Positions 1 to 10,655 of a stretch of 64,000 nucleotides of DNA are shown here, piece after piece. The stretch is from Prevotella sp. GTDB lineage: Bacteria > Bacteroidota > Bacteroidia > Bacteroidales > Bacteroidaceae. The stretch lies in NCBI GenBank assembly GCA_017471465.1, contig JAFUTI010000017.1:7996-71995 (forward strand), written 5' to 3'. The position numbers were made by a program, and so were the translations under genes. Every line of letters begins with the position of its first letter. The stretch's first letter is position 1. The notes beneath the pieces were generated by a model that ran no database searches, was not told the DNA's origin, and saw nothing but the letters and a program-made list of their open reading frames with translations.

Positions 1-4
1 CGGC

Positions 5-1870
5 GTGCAGGTGGCCGAGCCGAACATCAAGTGCTCTAACGGTTTCATACACCGTATGGCCGAGGTCGTCACGCCGCTGCCCAACATGGCCGAGGTCATC
101 AGGGGTAAGAGCGTTGCCAGCAGCTACAACTCGCTGCTCGAGCGTTTCTGTGCTCCCTATCCCGACATGACCCCCAACAGCAACGGTTCGATGACCATGC
201 AGTACAACTACTTGTACACTGACAATCAGACAGACACCGTCTACCAGAAGCGCTTCTTCTCGATGAAGACCCAGAACGGCGCTGCGCTGAACAAGTCGCC
301 AGACAACGGTCCTGTGTCCATGCTGAAGTACGACCCCGAGTGGAACTCCTATTATTCGGGTGACGCCGGAGTGGGCAACACGGGCGTGCAGCGCGACATG
401 GGCGTGATGATGGTGCCCAGCAACGCCGCTATGGACGCCTACTGGCAGAACGGCGCCGGCAGCATCCTCCGCGAGCAGTACCATACGTGGGACAAGGTGC
501 CCGACGACGTGATTGCCGAACTTATCAACAACAACATGCTGAGTTCGTTCCTCATCTCCGTGCCCTCGAAGTTTGCCAGCATCCTCAACGATGCCAACGA
601 CCCGATGGGTGTCGACCGTGCCGACATCGACTCCGTATGGCTCGGTTGTAACGGTGCCGTCTATCTCACCAACAAGGTCTATTCTCCCACCTCGTTCGTC
701 AGCGTGCTCTATCCTGCCCTGACCAACGAGGCTATGAAGATTCTCTACTGGGCCGCTCAGAAGTGTCGTTACAATGTGTACCTGAACTCACTGAACGCCC
801 GCTACAGCCTCTTCATCCCCACGAACAAAGCCCTGCTGGAGTATGTCGACCCCGTCTCCTACGGTATGGGTACTACCCAGCTCTTCCGCTTCCACTGGGA
901 TCCGTCGAAGGTTGCACAGCCCGACCGTACGCCTGACGACCGTGTGTGGGCCAGCGTCTGGAACTACGACCCCGCTACGGGCGAGGTCGGCGACTCTGTC
1001 CGTAAGGCCAGCTTCGACGAAATCAAGAACCGTCTGAAGGACATCCTCGACACCCACATCGTCATCGGCGACGTGGAGGACGGCAAGGAGTACTACCAGA
1101 CGAAGGGCGGCACCTTCCTGCATATCAGCCGTGAGGGTGGCAACATCTCCGTAGAGGGCAGCTACCAGACGGATAACGACACGCCGCTGACGGTCACGAA
1201 GGTCTATGACCAGACCGTCGAAGGTAATGGTAAGGCTTACATCCTTGACGAGCAGCCCATCATGACTACCCGCAAGAGCGTCTTCGAGGTGCTGTTGCAG
1301 TACGACGACTTCCGCGTGTTCCGCGAGATGCTGGAGAGCAGCGGCCTGCTGGAGCGTCTCCACGACGACCAGTTCGCTACGCCTTACGATAACATCTCTG
1401 CCTTCAATACCTATCACTATACCGTGTACGTGCCTACTAATGAGAGCATCGAGGCCCTCATCAACTCAGGCAAGCTGCCTACCTGGGAACAGGTGGAGGC
1501 TGAGAAAGAGGCCGGCGAGACCGAAAAGTCAGAGGCCGACGCCCAGCTCATCCTGAACTTCCTGAGATACCATATCCAGGACAACTCCCTGGTTATTGGC
1601 GGCGGTACCGATGACGATGATCACGAGACGGCTCTGATCGACTCGGAGACCCATCGTTTCCATCAGCTCCATTCTAAGCTTACCGCTACCGGCCTGACCG
1701 TCCGCGACAATACCGGCAGCGAGGCTCACGTGATGACCGACTCCGGTCTCTACAACCTGATGGCCCGTGAGTATCAGTACATGGGAACATCAGCTATCAA
1801 TGCAAGAATGCTTCAGACAACCTCTTCGGCTGTCATCCACCTGATTGACAAACCGTTAATGTATAAGTGA
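5..1870 (+). CDS. Fasciclin (FAS1)-domain PUL protein, 5'-truncated by the window edge
   Basis: FAS1 motifs: NIKCSNGFIHRMAEVV, GCNGAVYLTNKV, YSLFIPTNKAL, YTVYVPTNESI and C-terminal AVIHLIDKPL. The frame is open from the window start and ends 6 nt before a susC. Confidence 0.8.
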   Translation: MQVAEPNIKCSNGFIHRMAEVVTPLPNMAEVIRGKSVASSYNSLLERFCAPYPDMTPNSNGSMTMQYNYLYTDNQTDTVYQKRFFSMKTQNGAALNKSPDNGPVSMLKYDPEWNSYYSGDAGVGNTGVQRDMGVMMVPSNAAMDAYWQNGAGSILREQYHTWDKVPDDVIAELINNNMLSSFLISVPSKFASILNDANDPMGVDRADIDSVWLGCNGAVYLTNKVYSPTSFVSVLYPALTNEAMKILYWAAQKCRYNVYLNSLNARYSLFIPTNKALLEYVDPVSYGMGTTQLFRFHWDPSKVAQPDRTPDDRVWASVWNYDPATGEVGDSVRKASFDEIKNRLKDILDTHIVIGDVEDGKEYYQTKGGTFLHISREGGNISVEGSYQTDNDTPLTVTKVYDQTVEGNGKAYILDEQPIMTTRKSVFEVLLQYDDFRVFREMLESSGLLERLHDDQFATPYDNISAFNTYHYTVYVPTNESIEALINSGKLPTWEQVEAEKEAGETEKSEADAQLILNFLRYHIQDNSLVIGGGTDDDDHETALIDSETHRFHQLHSKLTATGLTVRDNTGSEAHVMTDSGLYNLMAREYQYMGTSAINARMLQTTSSAVIHLIDKPLMYK

Positions 1871-1876
1871 TAAGCT

Positions 1877-4800
1877 ATGAATAAAAGACTATTCAGAATA
1901 TTAGGATTGATTGCGATTGGCTGCCAACTGTCAACGCTCAATACCTTCGCCCAGAAAGCTGGCGACATCATCAGCGGTACGGTGACCGATGCCTTCGGCC
2001 CTGTCATGATGGCCAATGTCGTCGAGATTGATGCGGCCAACCGTATCGTGGCCTCGGCCCAGACCGATATGAGCGGTAACTTCTCGTTCAAGTTGAAGAA
2101 CCCGAAGGACAAGCTCCGCGTGTCGTACGTCGGTTACAAGACGCAGACCCTGGCTATCAACAAGACCAAGTTCGCCATCCGCATGTCGGATGCCACTCAG
2201 ATCAAGGAGGTGACCGTCACCGCCAAGCGCAAGGCGCAGGGCTCGGGTCTGGCCATCCCCGTGGATGAGATTTCTACCGCTCGCCAGAGCATTGACATGA
2301 AAGAGTTCGAGGGTCTGGCCATCACCACCGTCGACGAGGCCCTTCAGGGACGTATCGCCGGTCTGGACATCGTGGCAGGCGGTGACCTCGGTAAGGGCAC
2401 GTCGATGCGCCTGCGTGGTGTGTCGTCCATCAACGGTTCGAGCGAGCCGCTGATCGTGGTCGACGGTAACGTCTGGGAGAGCAACGTCAACAACTTCGAC
2501 TTCTCCAATGCCAACGACGAGAAGTTTGCCGAGCTGCTCAACGTCAACCCCGAGGATATCGAGAGCATCTCCGTGCTGAAGGACGCTGCCGCTACTGCCA
2601 TCTGGGGTTCGCAGGGTTCTAACGGTGTCATCGAGATCAAGACGAAGCGCGGTGCCCGAGGCAAGACCCGCGTCAACTTCAGCGCTCGACTCACCGGTAC
2701 CTACCAGCCCAAGGGCTACAACATGCTGACGGGCGACGAGTACACCATGCTGTTGAAGGAAGAGTACTTCAATCCGCAGATGAGTGATGCTGCCAGTGAC
2801 ATCAAGGAGCTGAACTACGACCCCTCGTTCTCTGAGTACGAGATGTACAACAACAACACCGACTGGCTTGACGAGGTCAAGAAGACCGGTTGGCGCCAGA
2901 ACTACTACCTCGCCCTGAGTGGTGGTGGTGAGAAGGCCAACTTCCGTGTCGGTGCCGGTTATGACCATGAGACGGGTTCCATCATCGAACAGAAACTCGA
3001 CCGATTCACCTCGCGCGTGAACCTTGACTATTTCGTCAGCGACCGTATCAAGATTGAGACCAACATCGCTCTGACCTACACGAAGAACAACAAGAACAAC
3101 GGCGACCTGCTCTCGCTGGCCTACAGGCGTATGCCTAACCTGTCTGTCTACGAGCAGGACCGCTACGGCAACGACTTGGATGACTACTACTCCATCCTGC
3201 CCACCGTGTCGCCCGCTCTGAACGACCAGCGCGAGGACTACAACAAGAAGTCCATACCCAACCCCGTAGCCCTGGCCTATCAGGCCAAGAACAAGGAGAC
3301 CAGCTACAACATCACCCCTGAGTTCAAGCTGAACTACCGTCTGCTGGGTCTTGACGAGGAGCACACCCGTCTGGACTATGAGGGCAAGGTCGTGTTTAAC
3401 ATCTTTAATAAATATAACGACCAGTACATGCCCCTGTCGCTGAGCACGAAGGGCTGGAGCGACGGCGAGAGTAATAAGGTGTCGTCGAACTCCGACAAGA
3501 GCCTGGGTGTCACCACGACTCACACGCTGACCTTCACGCCGCACTTCCGCAATACCGACCACTCGCTGACGATGATGCTCCGTGGCCAGCTCACCAGCGG
3601 TACGTCGTCATCGCAGGCTACCGGCTCCTGGGGCCTGCCCAGCGGTAAAATCCAGAGTACGGCTGCCGAGGGTATCATCAGCAACATTGCTACAGGTAGC
3701 GGCCAGTGGCGCAGCCTCTACTTCACCTACTCTGCACACTATGCCTACAAGGGCCGTTACATGGTCGACTTCTCCGTCCGTCGCGACGGTTCTACCAAGT
3801 TCGGCGACGACCAGCGCTGGGGTAACTTCCCCGCCGTCTCGCTGCGTTATAACATCAGCAAGGAGCCTTGGTTCCAGAAGACACTGCCCTTCGTCTCGAT
3901 GCTCTCTATCCGTCCAGGTTGGGGTATCGTCGGTCGCCAGCCCGGCAGCGAGGGTCTGTTCTACAGCCGTTACACCAACGGCGCCGGCTATCTGAGCGTC
4001 GGAACGAGTGTCGCTCCTGCCAACATTCAGATGAAGAGCCTGAAGTGGGAGCAGAAGGAGACCTACAACATCGGTACCGACTTCGGCTTCTTCAACGAGC
4101 GCATCACCGGTAATGTCGAGTTCTATTGGCAGTACACCACCGACCTGCTTATCTCCGGCCGTGGTATCCCCACATCGTCGGGCTTCCCCACGCTGGCCTA
4201 CCAGAATGTCGGCGACATGAAGAACGTCGGTTGGGAGTTCAACCTGAACGGTAACCGCATTGTCAAGCTCGGCAAGTTCTCGGCTGACTTCAACATCACC
4301 TTTGCTAACAACAAGAACACCATCACTGCTATGGACGAGACCTATCTGGCAACCCTGAACGGCGAGTTCAACCGCCAGAACGGTTCTTATCTCACACGTG
4401 TCGAGCTGAACACGGCTATGGGTAGTATCTACGGCTTCCGCTACAAGGGTGTCTATCAGTACAGCGACTACTCTCCGGTCGAGGTGCCCGGTGTCAGCGG
4501 CCCCAATGCCCCTGTAGCCCGCGATGCTGACGGCAACGTCATCGTCGACGAGAACGGCATGACCACGCCGATGATGTTCTGCTACGGAGGTTCTAAGGAC
4601 GAGACGAAGGTGTTCCGTGGTGGCGATGCCATCTACGAGGATATCAACCATGACGGTCAGATTGACGAGCTCGATATCGTCTACCTCGGTTCGTCACTGC
4701 CTAAGTTCACCGGCGGTTTCGGCGTCAAGCTCCACTACGGACGCTGGTCGCTGAACAGCCAGTTCAACTTCCGCTACGGCAACAAGATCATCAACGCTGC

Positions 4801-5188
4801 CCGCATGAACGCAGAGAAGATGTACGACAACAATAACCAGAGTGCCGCCGTCAACTGGCGCTGGCGTGTCGAGGGTGACATCACCGAGATTCCCCGCGCT
4901 CTCCGTCAGGCCGGTTACAACTACTTAGGTTCCGACCGCTTCGTCGAGGACGGCTCCTTCATCCGTCTGAACTACGCACAGCTCAGCTACTCGTTCGAAC
5001 CGAAACTCATCAAGAAAATCGGACTGACCCAGCTCAGCTTCTACGTCTCGGCCAACAATCTGTTCTGTCTGACCAAGTACTCAGGTGCTGACCCCGAGGT
5101 GGGCTACGGTTCAATGGGTATCGTGACCGATAATGCCCAGACACCGCGCTCGAAGTCATTCACCGGTGGCTTGACCATCCAGTTCTAA
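1877..5188 (+). CDS. susC: SusC/RagA-family TonB-dependent transporter
   Basis: Signal peptide, CarboxypepD-like N-domain, plug motifs (LQGRIAGL, LRGVSSINGSSEPLIVVDG, DIESISVLKDAAATAIWGSQGSNGVIEIKTKRG), SLKWE, EDGSFIRL and terminal Phe. Confidence 0.96.
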   Translation: MNKRLFRILGLIAIGCQLSTLNTFAQKAGDIISGTVTDAFGPVMMANVVEIDAANRIVASAQTDMSGNFSFKLKNPKDKLRVSYVGYKTQTLAINKTKFAIRMSDATQIKEVTVTAKRKAQGSGLAIPVDEISTARQSIDMKEFEGLAITTVDEALQGRIAGLDIVAGGDLGKGTSMRLRGVSSINGSSEPLIVVDGNVWESNVNNFDFSNANDEKFAELLNVNPEDIESISVLKDAAATAIWGSQGSNGVIEIKTKRGARGKTRVNFSARLTGTYQPKGYNMLTGDEYTMLLKEEYFNPQMSDAASDIKELNYDPSFSEYEMYNNNTDWLDEVKKTGWRQNYYLALSGGGEKANFRVGAGYDHETGSIIEQKLDRFTSRVNLDYFVSDRIKIETNIALTYTKNNKNNGDLLSLAYRRMPNLSVYEQDRYGNDLDDYYSILPTVSPALNDQREDYNKKSIPNPVALAYQAKNKETSYNITPEFKLNYRLLGLDEEHTRLDYEGKVVFNIFNKYNDQYMPLSLSTKGWSDGESNKVSSNSDKSLGVTTTHTLTFTPHFRNTDHSLTMMLRGQLTSGTSSSQATGSWGLPSGKIQSTAAEGIISNIATGSGQWRSLYFTYSAHYAYKGRYMVDFSVRRDGSTKFGDDQRWGNFPAVSLRYNISKEPWFQKTLPFVSMLSIRPGWGIVGRQPGSEGLFYSRYTNGAGYLSVGTSVAPANIQMKSLKWEQKETYNIGTDFGFFNERITGNVEFYWQYTTDLLISGRGIPTSSGFPTLAYQNVGDMKNVGWEFNLNGNRIVKLGKFSADFNITFANNKNTITAMDETYLATLNGEFNRQNGSYLTRVELNTAMGSIYGFRYKGVYQYSDYSPVEVPGVSGPNAPVARDADGNVIVDENGMTTPMMFCYGGSKDETKVFRGGDAIYEDINHDGQIDELDIVYLGSSLPKFTGGFGVKLHYGRWSLNSQFNFRYGNKIINAARMNAEKMYDNNNQSAAVNWRWRVEGDITEIPRALRQAGYNYLGSDRFVEDGSFIRLNYAQLSYSFEPKLIKKIGLTQLSFYVSANNLFCLTKYSGADPEVGYGSMGIVTDNAQTPRSKSFTGGLTIQF

Positions 5189-5219
5189 ATGAGGAATTAG
5201 AAATTAGATATTAAGAATT

Positions 5220-6932
5220 ATGATTACTAATATAATAAAGAAATATAGCGTGAAGTTCGCAGTTGGCTGTGGCTGTGCCACTGCCGTCCTGGGTCTCGCC
5301 TCCTGCTCTGACTTCCTCGACATCCTGCCACTGAACGACGTGGTGCTCGAGAACTACTGGACGCAGAAGAGCGACGTGGAAAGCGTCCGGGCCAGCTGCT
5401 ACGTGTCCCTGCAGAGTTCCGATGCCATGAACCGTATCGGACTGTGGAGCGAGCTTCGTTCCGACAACCTCTTTGCCGGAGCTAACGTGCCTAACGAGGT
5501 CTCCGAAATCCTGAAGGAGAACCTTCTGCCTACCAATCCCTATTGCAACTGGTCGAAACTCTATGAGTGCATCAACCGTTGTAATATCCTCTGTCACTAT
5601 GCCCCTGGAGTGCAGGCTACCGACCCTAACTACAGCGAGGCTGAGATGAGGAGCGACATCGCTGAGGTGTCTGCCCTGCGTGCCCTCTGCTACTTCTACC
5701 TCATCCGTACGTTCCGTGACGTTCCTTACACCACGGAGGCCAGTATCGATGATACGCAGAACTACATCAGGGCTGCCACACCGTTCAACGCTGTGCTCGA
5801 CTCCCTGATTACCAACCTGGAGAGTGTCAAGGACTACGCCGTGCGCCGCTATAAGCTGGAGACCGTCAGCGGCAGCTATTTCACACTGCCTGAAGAGAAC
5901 TCCAGCCGCATCACCCGCGTCGCCATCTGGGCACTCCTGGCCGACCTCTATCTGTGGAAGCAGGACTGGGACAACGCCATCAAGTATGCTGACATGGTCA
6001 TCGACTACAAGCGCCAGCAGTACGAGGAACTGAAGACGCGTGTCGGCGATATTACCTATATCCAGTATGTCGACGGCGTGCCCATGATTCTCGAGATGCC
6101 TGAGGGTACCAACAACTGCGGACGTACCTACAACGAGATCTTCGGCGACGGCAACTCCTTCGAGAGTATCTTTGAGCTGAAGTTCACGCACACCTCCAAC
6201 GGCTGGGTAGGCTCGTTCTATGGTAACGACAACACGCCTAACGGCCGACTGAGAGCCAACGAGCTGTCGTTCCCCAGCATGGATAATGTCATTACGAACA
6301 AGAACCCGCTGTTCAAATCTTCCGACTGCCGTTTCTATGAGAACTTCAGAGCCTCAGGAAACACGATGTATATCGGTAAGTATGTACGTAGCTCGGTGAA
6401 TTTCCAGACAAAGAACCTGACCAACGAGGCCAGCCTGCGTCTCGAACAGCATCTGCGTAACTCTGACAACGCCTCCTGGATCTTCTACCGCTTGAGCGAG
6501 ATGCTGCTCATCAAGGCTGAGGCTCTTGTGGAGCGTGGTGGCGAAGGCGACTACGAAGAGGCTTTCAATCTCGTGAACACCGTCTACAAGCGCGCCAACA
6601 ACCTGACGTCGACCCTGAAGAGCGCCGACTACGCCAACTCGAAGACCGCCATGGAGAACCTGGTGTTCGACGAGCGTCGCCGTGAACTGATGTTCGAGGG
6701 CAAGCGCTGGTACGACCTCGTACGCCGCTCGCGCCGTGACGGCAACACGAGCTACCTCGTCTCCTGCGTCAAGAGTAAGTACGAGAGTAAGGATGCCAAC
6801 GCCATTGCCATCAAGATGGCCGACCTGAACATCATCTACTTCCCATACGCTAAGAGTGAGATCAAGGTGAACCCGCTGCTCCAGCAGAACCCGGCATTCA
6901 CCAATGGCGAGGACTCTCAGTATCAGCGTTAA
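5220..6932 (+). CDS. susD: SusD/RagB-family surface glycan-binding lipoprotein
   Basis: Lipobox LASC-SDFLD, RALCYFYLIRTFRDVP, YRLSEMLLIKAEA, ERRRELMFEGKRWYDLVR and QNP near the C-terminus. Confidence 0.95.
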   Translation: MITNIIKKYSVKFAVGCGCATAVLGLASCSDFLDILPLNDVVLENYWTQKSDVESVRASCYVSLQSSDAMNRIGLWSELRSDNLFAGANVPNEVSEILKENLLPTNPYCNWSKLYECINRCNILCHYAPGVQATDPNYSEAEMRSDIAEVSALRALCYFYLIRTFRDVPYTTEASIDDTQNYIRAATPFNAVLDSLITNLESVKDYAVRRYKLETVSGSYFTLPEENSSRITRVAIWALLADLYLWKQDWDNAIKYADMVIDYKRQQYEELKTRVGDITYIQYVDGVPMILEMPEGTNNCGRTYNEIFGDGNSFESIFELKFTHTSNGWVGSFYGNDNTPNGRLRANELSFPSMDNVITNKNPLFKSSDCRFYENFRASGNTMYIGKYVRSSVNFQTKNLTNEASLRLEQHLRNSDNASWIFYRLSEMLLIKAEALVERGGEGDYEEAFNLVNTVYKRANNLTSTLKSADYANSKTAMENLVFDERRRELMFEGKRWYDLVRRSRRDGNTSYLVSCVKSKYESKDANAIAIKMADLNIIYFPYAKSEIKVNPLLQQNPAFTNGEDSQYQR

Positions 6933-6970
6933 GTTAAAGTCATTGTAACCTATTTAACGACCTATAAGAA

Positions 6971-8974
6971 ATGAAAAAGATAACAACAATATTTCGCCAG
7001 ATAAGTGGCCAGGTACAGGTGCTGTCGGTCATCGCCCTGATGTCCATGCCGCTGTTCTTCTCCTGCGTGGATAACGATGACGACATCCCCGAGAATATGT
7101 ACACTGCCCAGAAGATGACGGCCGGTGCCTTCCTTGAGACCAACCAGGACCGTTTCAGCGAGTTTACAGCCCTGCTGAAGCGCACGCCCTACTTCTCGCT
7201 GATGACCACCTACGGCCGCTATACGCTCTTTGCTCCTACGAATGATGCCATGGCACAGTACATTCAGAACAACGGCTATGGCTCGGTGGCAGGTATTCCG
7301 CAGAACATCTGTGACTCTCTTGCCCGTACCCATATCATCCGCAAGGGTGCTTTCTTCACCTCCGACGTGCCCGAGGGTAACGTTGGCCTGAACATGCTGG
7401 ACCAGTATATCACCTGGTCGAGTGACTCAGACGTGACCAACGGCAACCGCCTCATCTACTATGTCAACAAGAACTCGCGCATGACGGAGTTTAACGACTC
7501 TGTGACCAATGGCGTGGTTCATATCGTTGACCGCGTGCTCTCGTCGAGCACGGACTTCCTGCCTGAGAAGATGCGCGAAGACACTACCATCACGCTCTTC
7601 TGCGAAGCCCTGCGACTGACGCACCTCGACGACTCGTTGCATGAGTATATGGACGAGCATTACAGCATCGGTGTCGACTCCGTCACCATCGGTACACAGG
7701 AGCGCTGCTTGAACAACGGTAACCCCTACATGACCTGTCTTTGGGTCAGCAACCGCTACTTCAAGTTCACGGCCTTCGTAGAGCCCGACTCCGTCTACCA
7801 CCGCAATGGCATCAACAACATCGAGGACCTGAAGGCTTACGCCAAGCGTATCTATGACGCTACCTATCCCGAGGATGCCGGACAGTATGACCACGACTTT
7901 ACGCATCGCAAGAACCCGCTGAACCGCTTCGTCAGCTACCACCTGCTGAATCGTATCATTATGTATAATGACCTTGTCGGCAACGAGCTCACCTCGCAGT
8001 GCTGGAAGACCAGTGTCGCCGACCCCGAGGAGTTCTACGAGACGATGTGTCCCGGTACGCTGGTACGTCTGGCTATGCCGTCGGGCAGCGATCAGGGCGT
8101 GTTCATCAACCGTCGCGGACTGATGGCCCGTCTCTATGACGACCAGAGCCGTGGCGTGAAGGTGCTGGCTCCCTCAGAGTCGGGTAAGACCGACCAGCAG
8201 GCTTTGAACGGTTTCTATCATTACATTGATGATATCCTGACCTTTAATACCCACACGCGTGACGTCATCTTCAACTGCCGTATGCGTTTCCACCCGTCGA
8301 CGCTGAGCCGCGACTTCATGAACTGCGACGGCCGTAACCACAAGGACGACATCGGAAACTCGCTGCGTGGTTTCAAGAAGGGCTTCACCGACGGCTGGCA
8401 GATGAGCGACGAGAGCTTCGTCGGTGTCACCGGCAACGATGTGTGGTGGGCTTCCTTCATGGGCGGCGTGGTCGTTATCAGCGGCCGTTTCGACGTGACG
8501 CTCCGTCTGCCGTGTGTCCCGAAGAAGGGTACTTACGAGATTCGTATTGGCTATACGCCTAATGAGGAACGTGGTGTTATCCAGGCTTATCTGAACAACG
8601 TCCCCTGCGGTATTCCTGTCGATATGCGTATCTACCCCACCGATGCTGAGATTGGCTTTATCTCCGATGGTTCTGAAGGTGCCAAGACGGCCGAGGAAAT
8701 CAAGATGCAGGACAAGGCCCTCCACAACCGTGGCTTCATGAAGGCAATGGACGTGTGGTACCAGGGCGGCACCAGCAATACTGGCGGTTGTCTGCGTAAC
8801 AACAACATCTCCACCCGTCGCGTGCTGGCTACTGAGAGCTTAGACCCGGACAAGGTTTACTACCTGCGTCTGCGCCAGGTGCTCGATAATCCTGAGAATT
8901 ATTGTAACTTCAACTATCTGGAAATCTGCCCGAAGAGTGTCTATGGCAGTCCCGAGGGCGAGGATCAGCATTGA
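6971..8974 (+). CDS. Fasciclin-domain lipoprotein
   Basis: Lipobox FFSC, YTLFAPTNDAM, VTNGVVHIVDRVL, FTAFVEPDSV and ALNGFYHYIDDIL, followed by a beta-sandwich-like C-terminal region. Confidence 0.82.
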   Translation: MKKITTIFRQISGQVQVLSVIALMSMPLFFSCVDNDDDIPENMYTAQKMTAGAFLETNQDRFSEFTALLKRTPYFSLMTTYGRYTLFAPTNDAMAQYIQNNGYGSVAGIPQNICDSLARTHIIRKGAFFTSDVPEGNVGLNMLDQYITWSSDSDVTNGNRLIYYVNKNSRMTEFNDSVTNGVVHIVDRVLSSSTDFLPEKMREDTTITLFCEALRLTHLDDSLHEYMDEHYSIGVDSVTIGTQERCLNNGNPYMTCLWVSNRYFKFTAFVEPDSVYHRNGINNIEDLKAYAKRIYDATYPEDAGQYDHDFTHRKNPLNRFVSYHLLNRIIMYNDLVGNELTSQCWKTSVADPEEFYETMCPGTLVRLAMPSGSDQGVFINRRGLMARLYDDQSRGVKVLAPSESGKTDQQALNGFYHYIDDILTFNTHTRDVIFNCRMRFHPSTLSRDFMNCDGRNHKDDIGNSLRGFKKGFTDGWQMSDESFVGVTGNDVWWASFMGGVVVISGRFDVTLRLPCVPKKGTYEIRIGYTPNEERGVIQAYLNNVPCGIPVDMRIYPTDAEIGFISDGSEGAKTAEEIKMQDKALHNRGFMKAMDVWYQGGTSNTGGCLRNNNISTRRVLATESLDPDKVYYLRLRQVLDNPENYCNFNYLEICPKSVYGSPEGEDQH

Positions 8975-9011
8975 TAATTGATAATTGAAAATTGATAATT
9001 GATAATTGAAA
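8970..9011. repeat. Heptamer tandem repeat (ATTGAWA)x6 between two CDSs
   Basis: attgata attgata attgaaa attgata attgata attgaaa spans the upstream stop codon and ends just before ATG 9015. Confidence 0.9.
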
Positions 9012-9014
9012 ATT

Positions 9015-10652
9015 ATGAATAATAAGAGTTTCAAGAATATAGCCCTTTCGATGGCAGTAGGTTGCGGCTTTGCCGCAGCCCTCGCTGCCTGCACCGATTG
9101 GGACGATCACTACGAGCCGTCCGTCGACAGTGGCGTTGGCGGCACCCTGTGGGAGCAACTCTCGTCTGATCCTCAGTTGACGGACTTCTGTGAGGTGCTC
9201 GAGAAGACCGAGGTCTTCCGTATGCATAAGAAGAGAGGTGTCAGCTATGCCGACCTGCTCCGTGGCGGACAGGCATTTACGGTGATGGCTCCTGTCAACG
9301 GTTCCTTTAACAAGGACTCGCTGCTGAACCTCGTTCAGACGGCTCCTGGCGACTCGATGGTTGAGAAGGCCTTCGTCTTCAACCACCTGTCGCGTATGAC
9401 CACCTCGCTGAAGACTGTTCCGCAGGACCTCCGCATGATGAACGGCAAGAGCCTCAAGCTGACGGAGAGCACCGTTCAGGGCATTCCCGTCATCAAGGGC
9501 AACCAGCACGCTAAGAATGGTGTCATCCATGTGATGTCACGGGCACTGCCTTACGGCTACAACCTCTACGAGGCACTCTGTGACGACCACGAGATGACGC
9601 CTGTCGGCGCCAGCCTTCGTCAGTACGAATGGGACGAGTTCGACCCCAACGCCTCTGTCATCAGCGGCTACGAAGAGGGTGTCCCCGTGTATGAAGACTC
9701 TGTCGTCTACGAGCGCAACCGTATGCTGGAAGCTATCGGCCTGATCAACGCCGAGGACTCTGCCTTCTGGATGGTGGCTCCTACGGCTGCCGGCTGGGAG
9801 CGTGCATGGAACAAGGTCACCAAGTACTTCGTCTATGACGAGTCTTACCAGAAGCGCGACTCACTGCAGCGTTACTGGACCACACGCGCCTTGTTCGACG
9901 ACGCCATCTTCAACTTGACCGACCAGCTGACCACCACCGACTCACTGGTGTCGGTGCCCTATCGCAACTGGCGCAAGGGCTATGTGGCCGGCAAGCCTGT
10001 CTATCACGTCTTCCAGAAGCCTTTCGAGCCGGGAGGTATCCTCTACGGTGCCCGTAAGCTGCAGTGCAGCAATGGCGTTCTGTACAAGACCGACGAGTGG
10101 CCCTTCGACCCCGTGAAGACCTATTTCAAGGAGCTGTGGACCGAGGGTGAGGCTACGTGGCTCATCGTCCCGCCGGAGAAGAGCTGCCGCTATACGCCTT
10201 TCCGCCTGGTGGCCGACAGTATCTCGGAGAATGCCTTCCTGCAGATTGTAGCATCCAGCGGTACGGCCAACTGGGAACTGACCTTCCGTCTTGAGAACGT
10301 ACTGTCAGGCGACTATGATGTCTGCATCGTCGTGCTGCCGCAGACCGTCATCAATCCCGACGCCCGTCTTCGTCCCTGTAAGTTCAAGGCCGACGTCAAC
10401 TATGTTGACTTGGACGGAAAAGACAAGACTTTCAACTGCGACAACAAAGTGTTCCAGACCGACCCGACGAAGGTTGACACCGTCGTGCTGGCTGAGGCTT
10501 TCCACTTCCCTGCTTCCAACTATGGACAGAGCACTAACAAGTTCAACCTGACCTTGAAGTGTAATATTGGTCCGCTTGAGACTTCGAAATTCTCCCGCGA
10601 GATGCTGCTCGACTGCATCTACCTGCGTCCACGAACCTCTAAAGATGAATAA
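9015..10652 (+). CDS. Fasciclin-domain lipoprotein (ATG 9015 preferred over TTG 9006)
   Basis: Lipobox LAAC-TDWDDHY, FTVMAPVNGSF, AKNGVIHVMSRAL and CSNGVLY. Confidence 0.8.
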   Translation: MNNKSFKNIALSMAVGCGFAAALAACTDWDDHYEPSVDSGVGGTLWEQLSSDPQLTDFCEVLEKTEVFRMHKKRGVSYADLLRGGQAFTVMAPVNGSFNKDSLLNLVQTAPGDSMVEKAFVFNHLSRMTTSLKTVPQDLRMMNGKSLKLTESTVQGIPVIKGNQHAKNGVIHVMSRALPYGYNLYEALCDDHEMTPVGASLRQYEWDEFDPNASVISGYEEGVPVYEDSVVYERNRMLEAIGLINAEDSAFWMVAPTAAGWERAWNKVTKYFVYDESYQKRDSLQRYWTTRALFDDAIFNLTDQLTTTDSLVSVPYRNWRKGYVAGKPVYHVFQKPFEPGGILYGARKLQCSNGVLYKTDEWPFDPVKTYFKELWTEGEATWLIVPPEKSCRYTPFRLVADSISENAFLQIVASSGTANWELTFRLENVLSGDYDVCIVVLPQTVINPDARLRPCKFKADVNYVDLDGKDKTFNCDNKVFQTDPTKVDTVVLAEAFHFPASNYGQSTNKFNLTLKCNIGPLETSKFSREMLLDCIYLRPRTSKDE

Positions 10653-10655
10653 CCT

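Noticed and set aside
1931-3562. Long antisense ORFs (e.g. 1931-3562, 22214-23881, 27631-29340, 50125-51669, 60921-62354)
   Set aside because: They are shadows of strongly codon-biased sense genes, lie opposite well-supported CDSs and show no family motifs.
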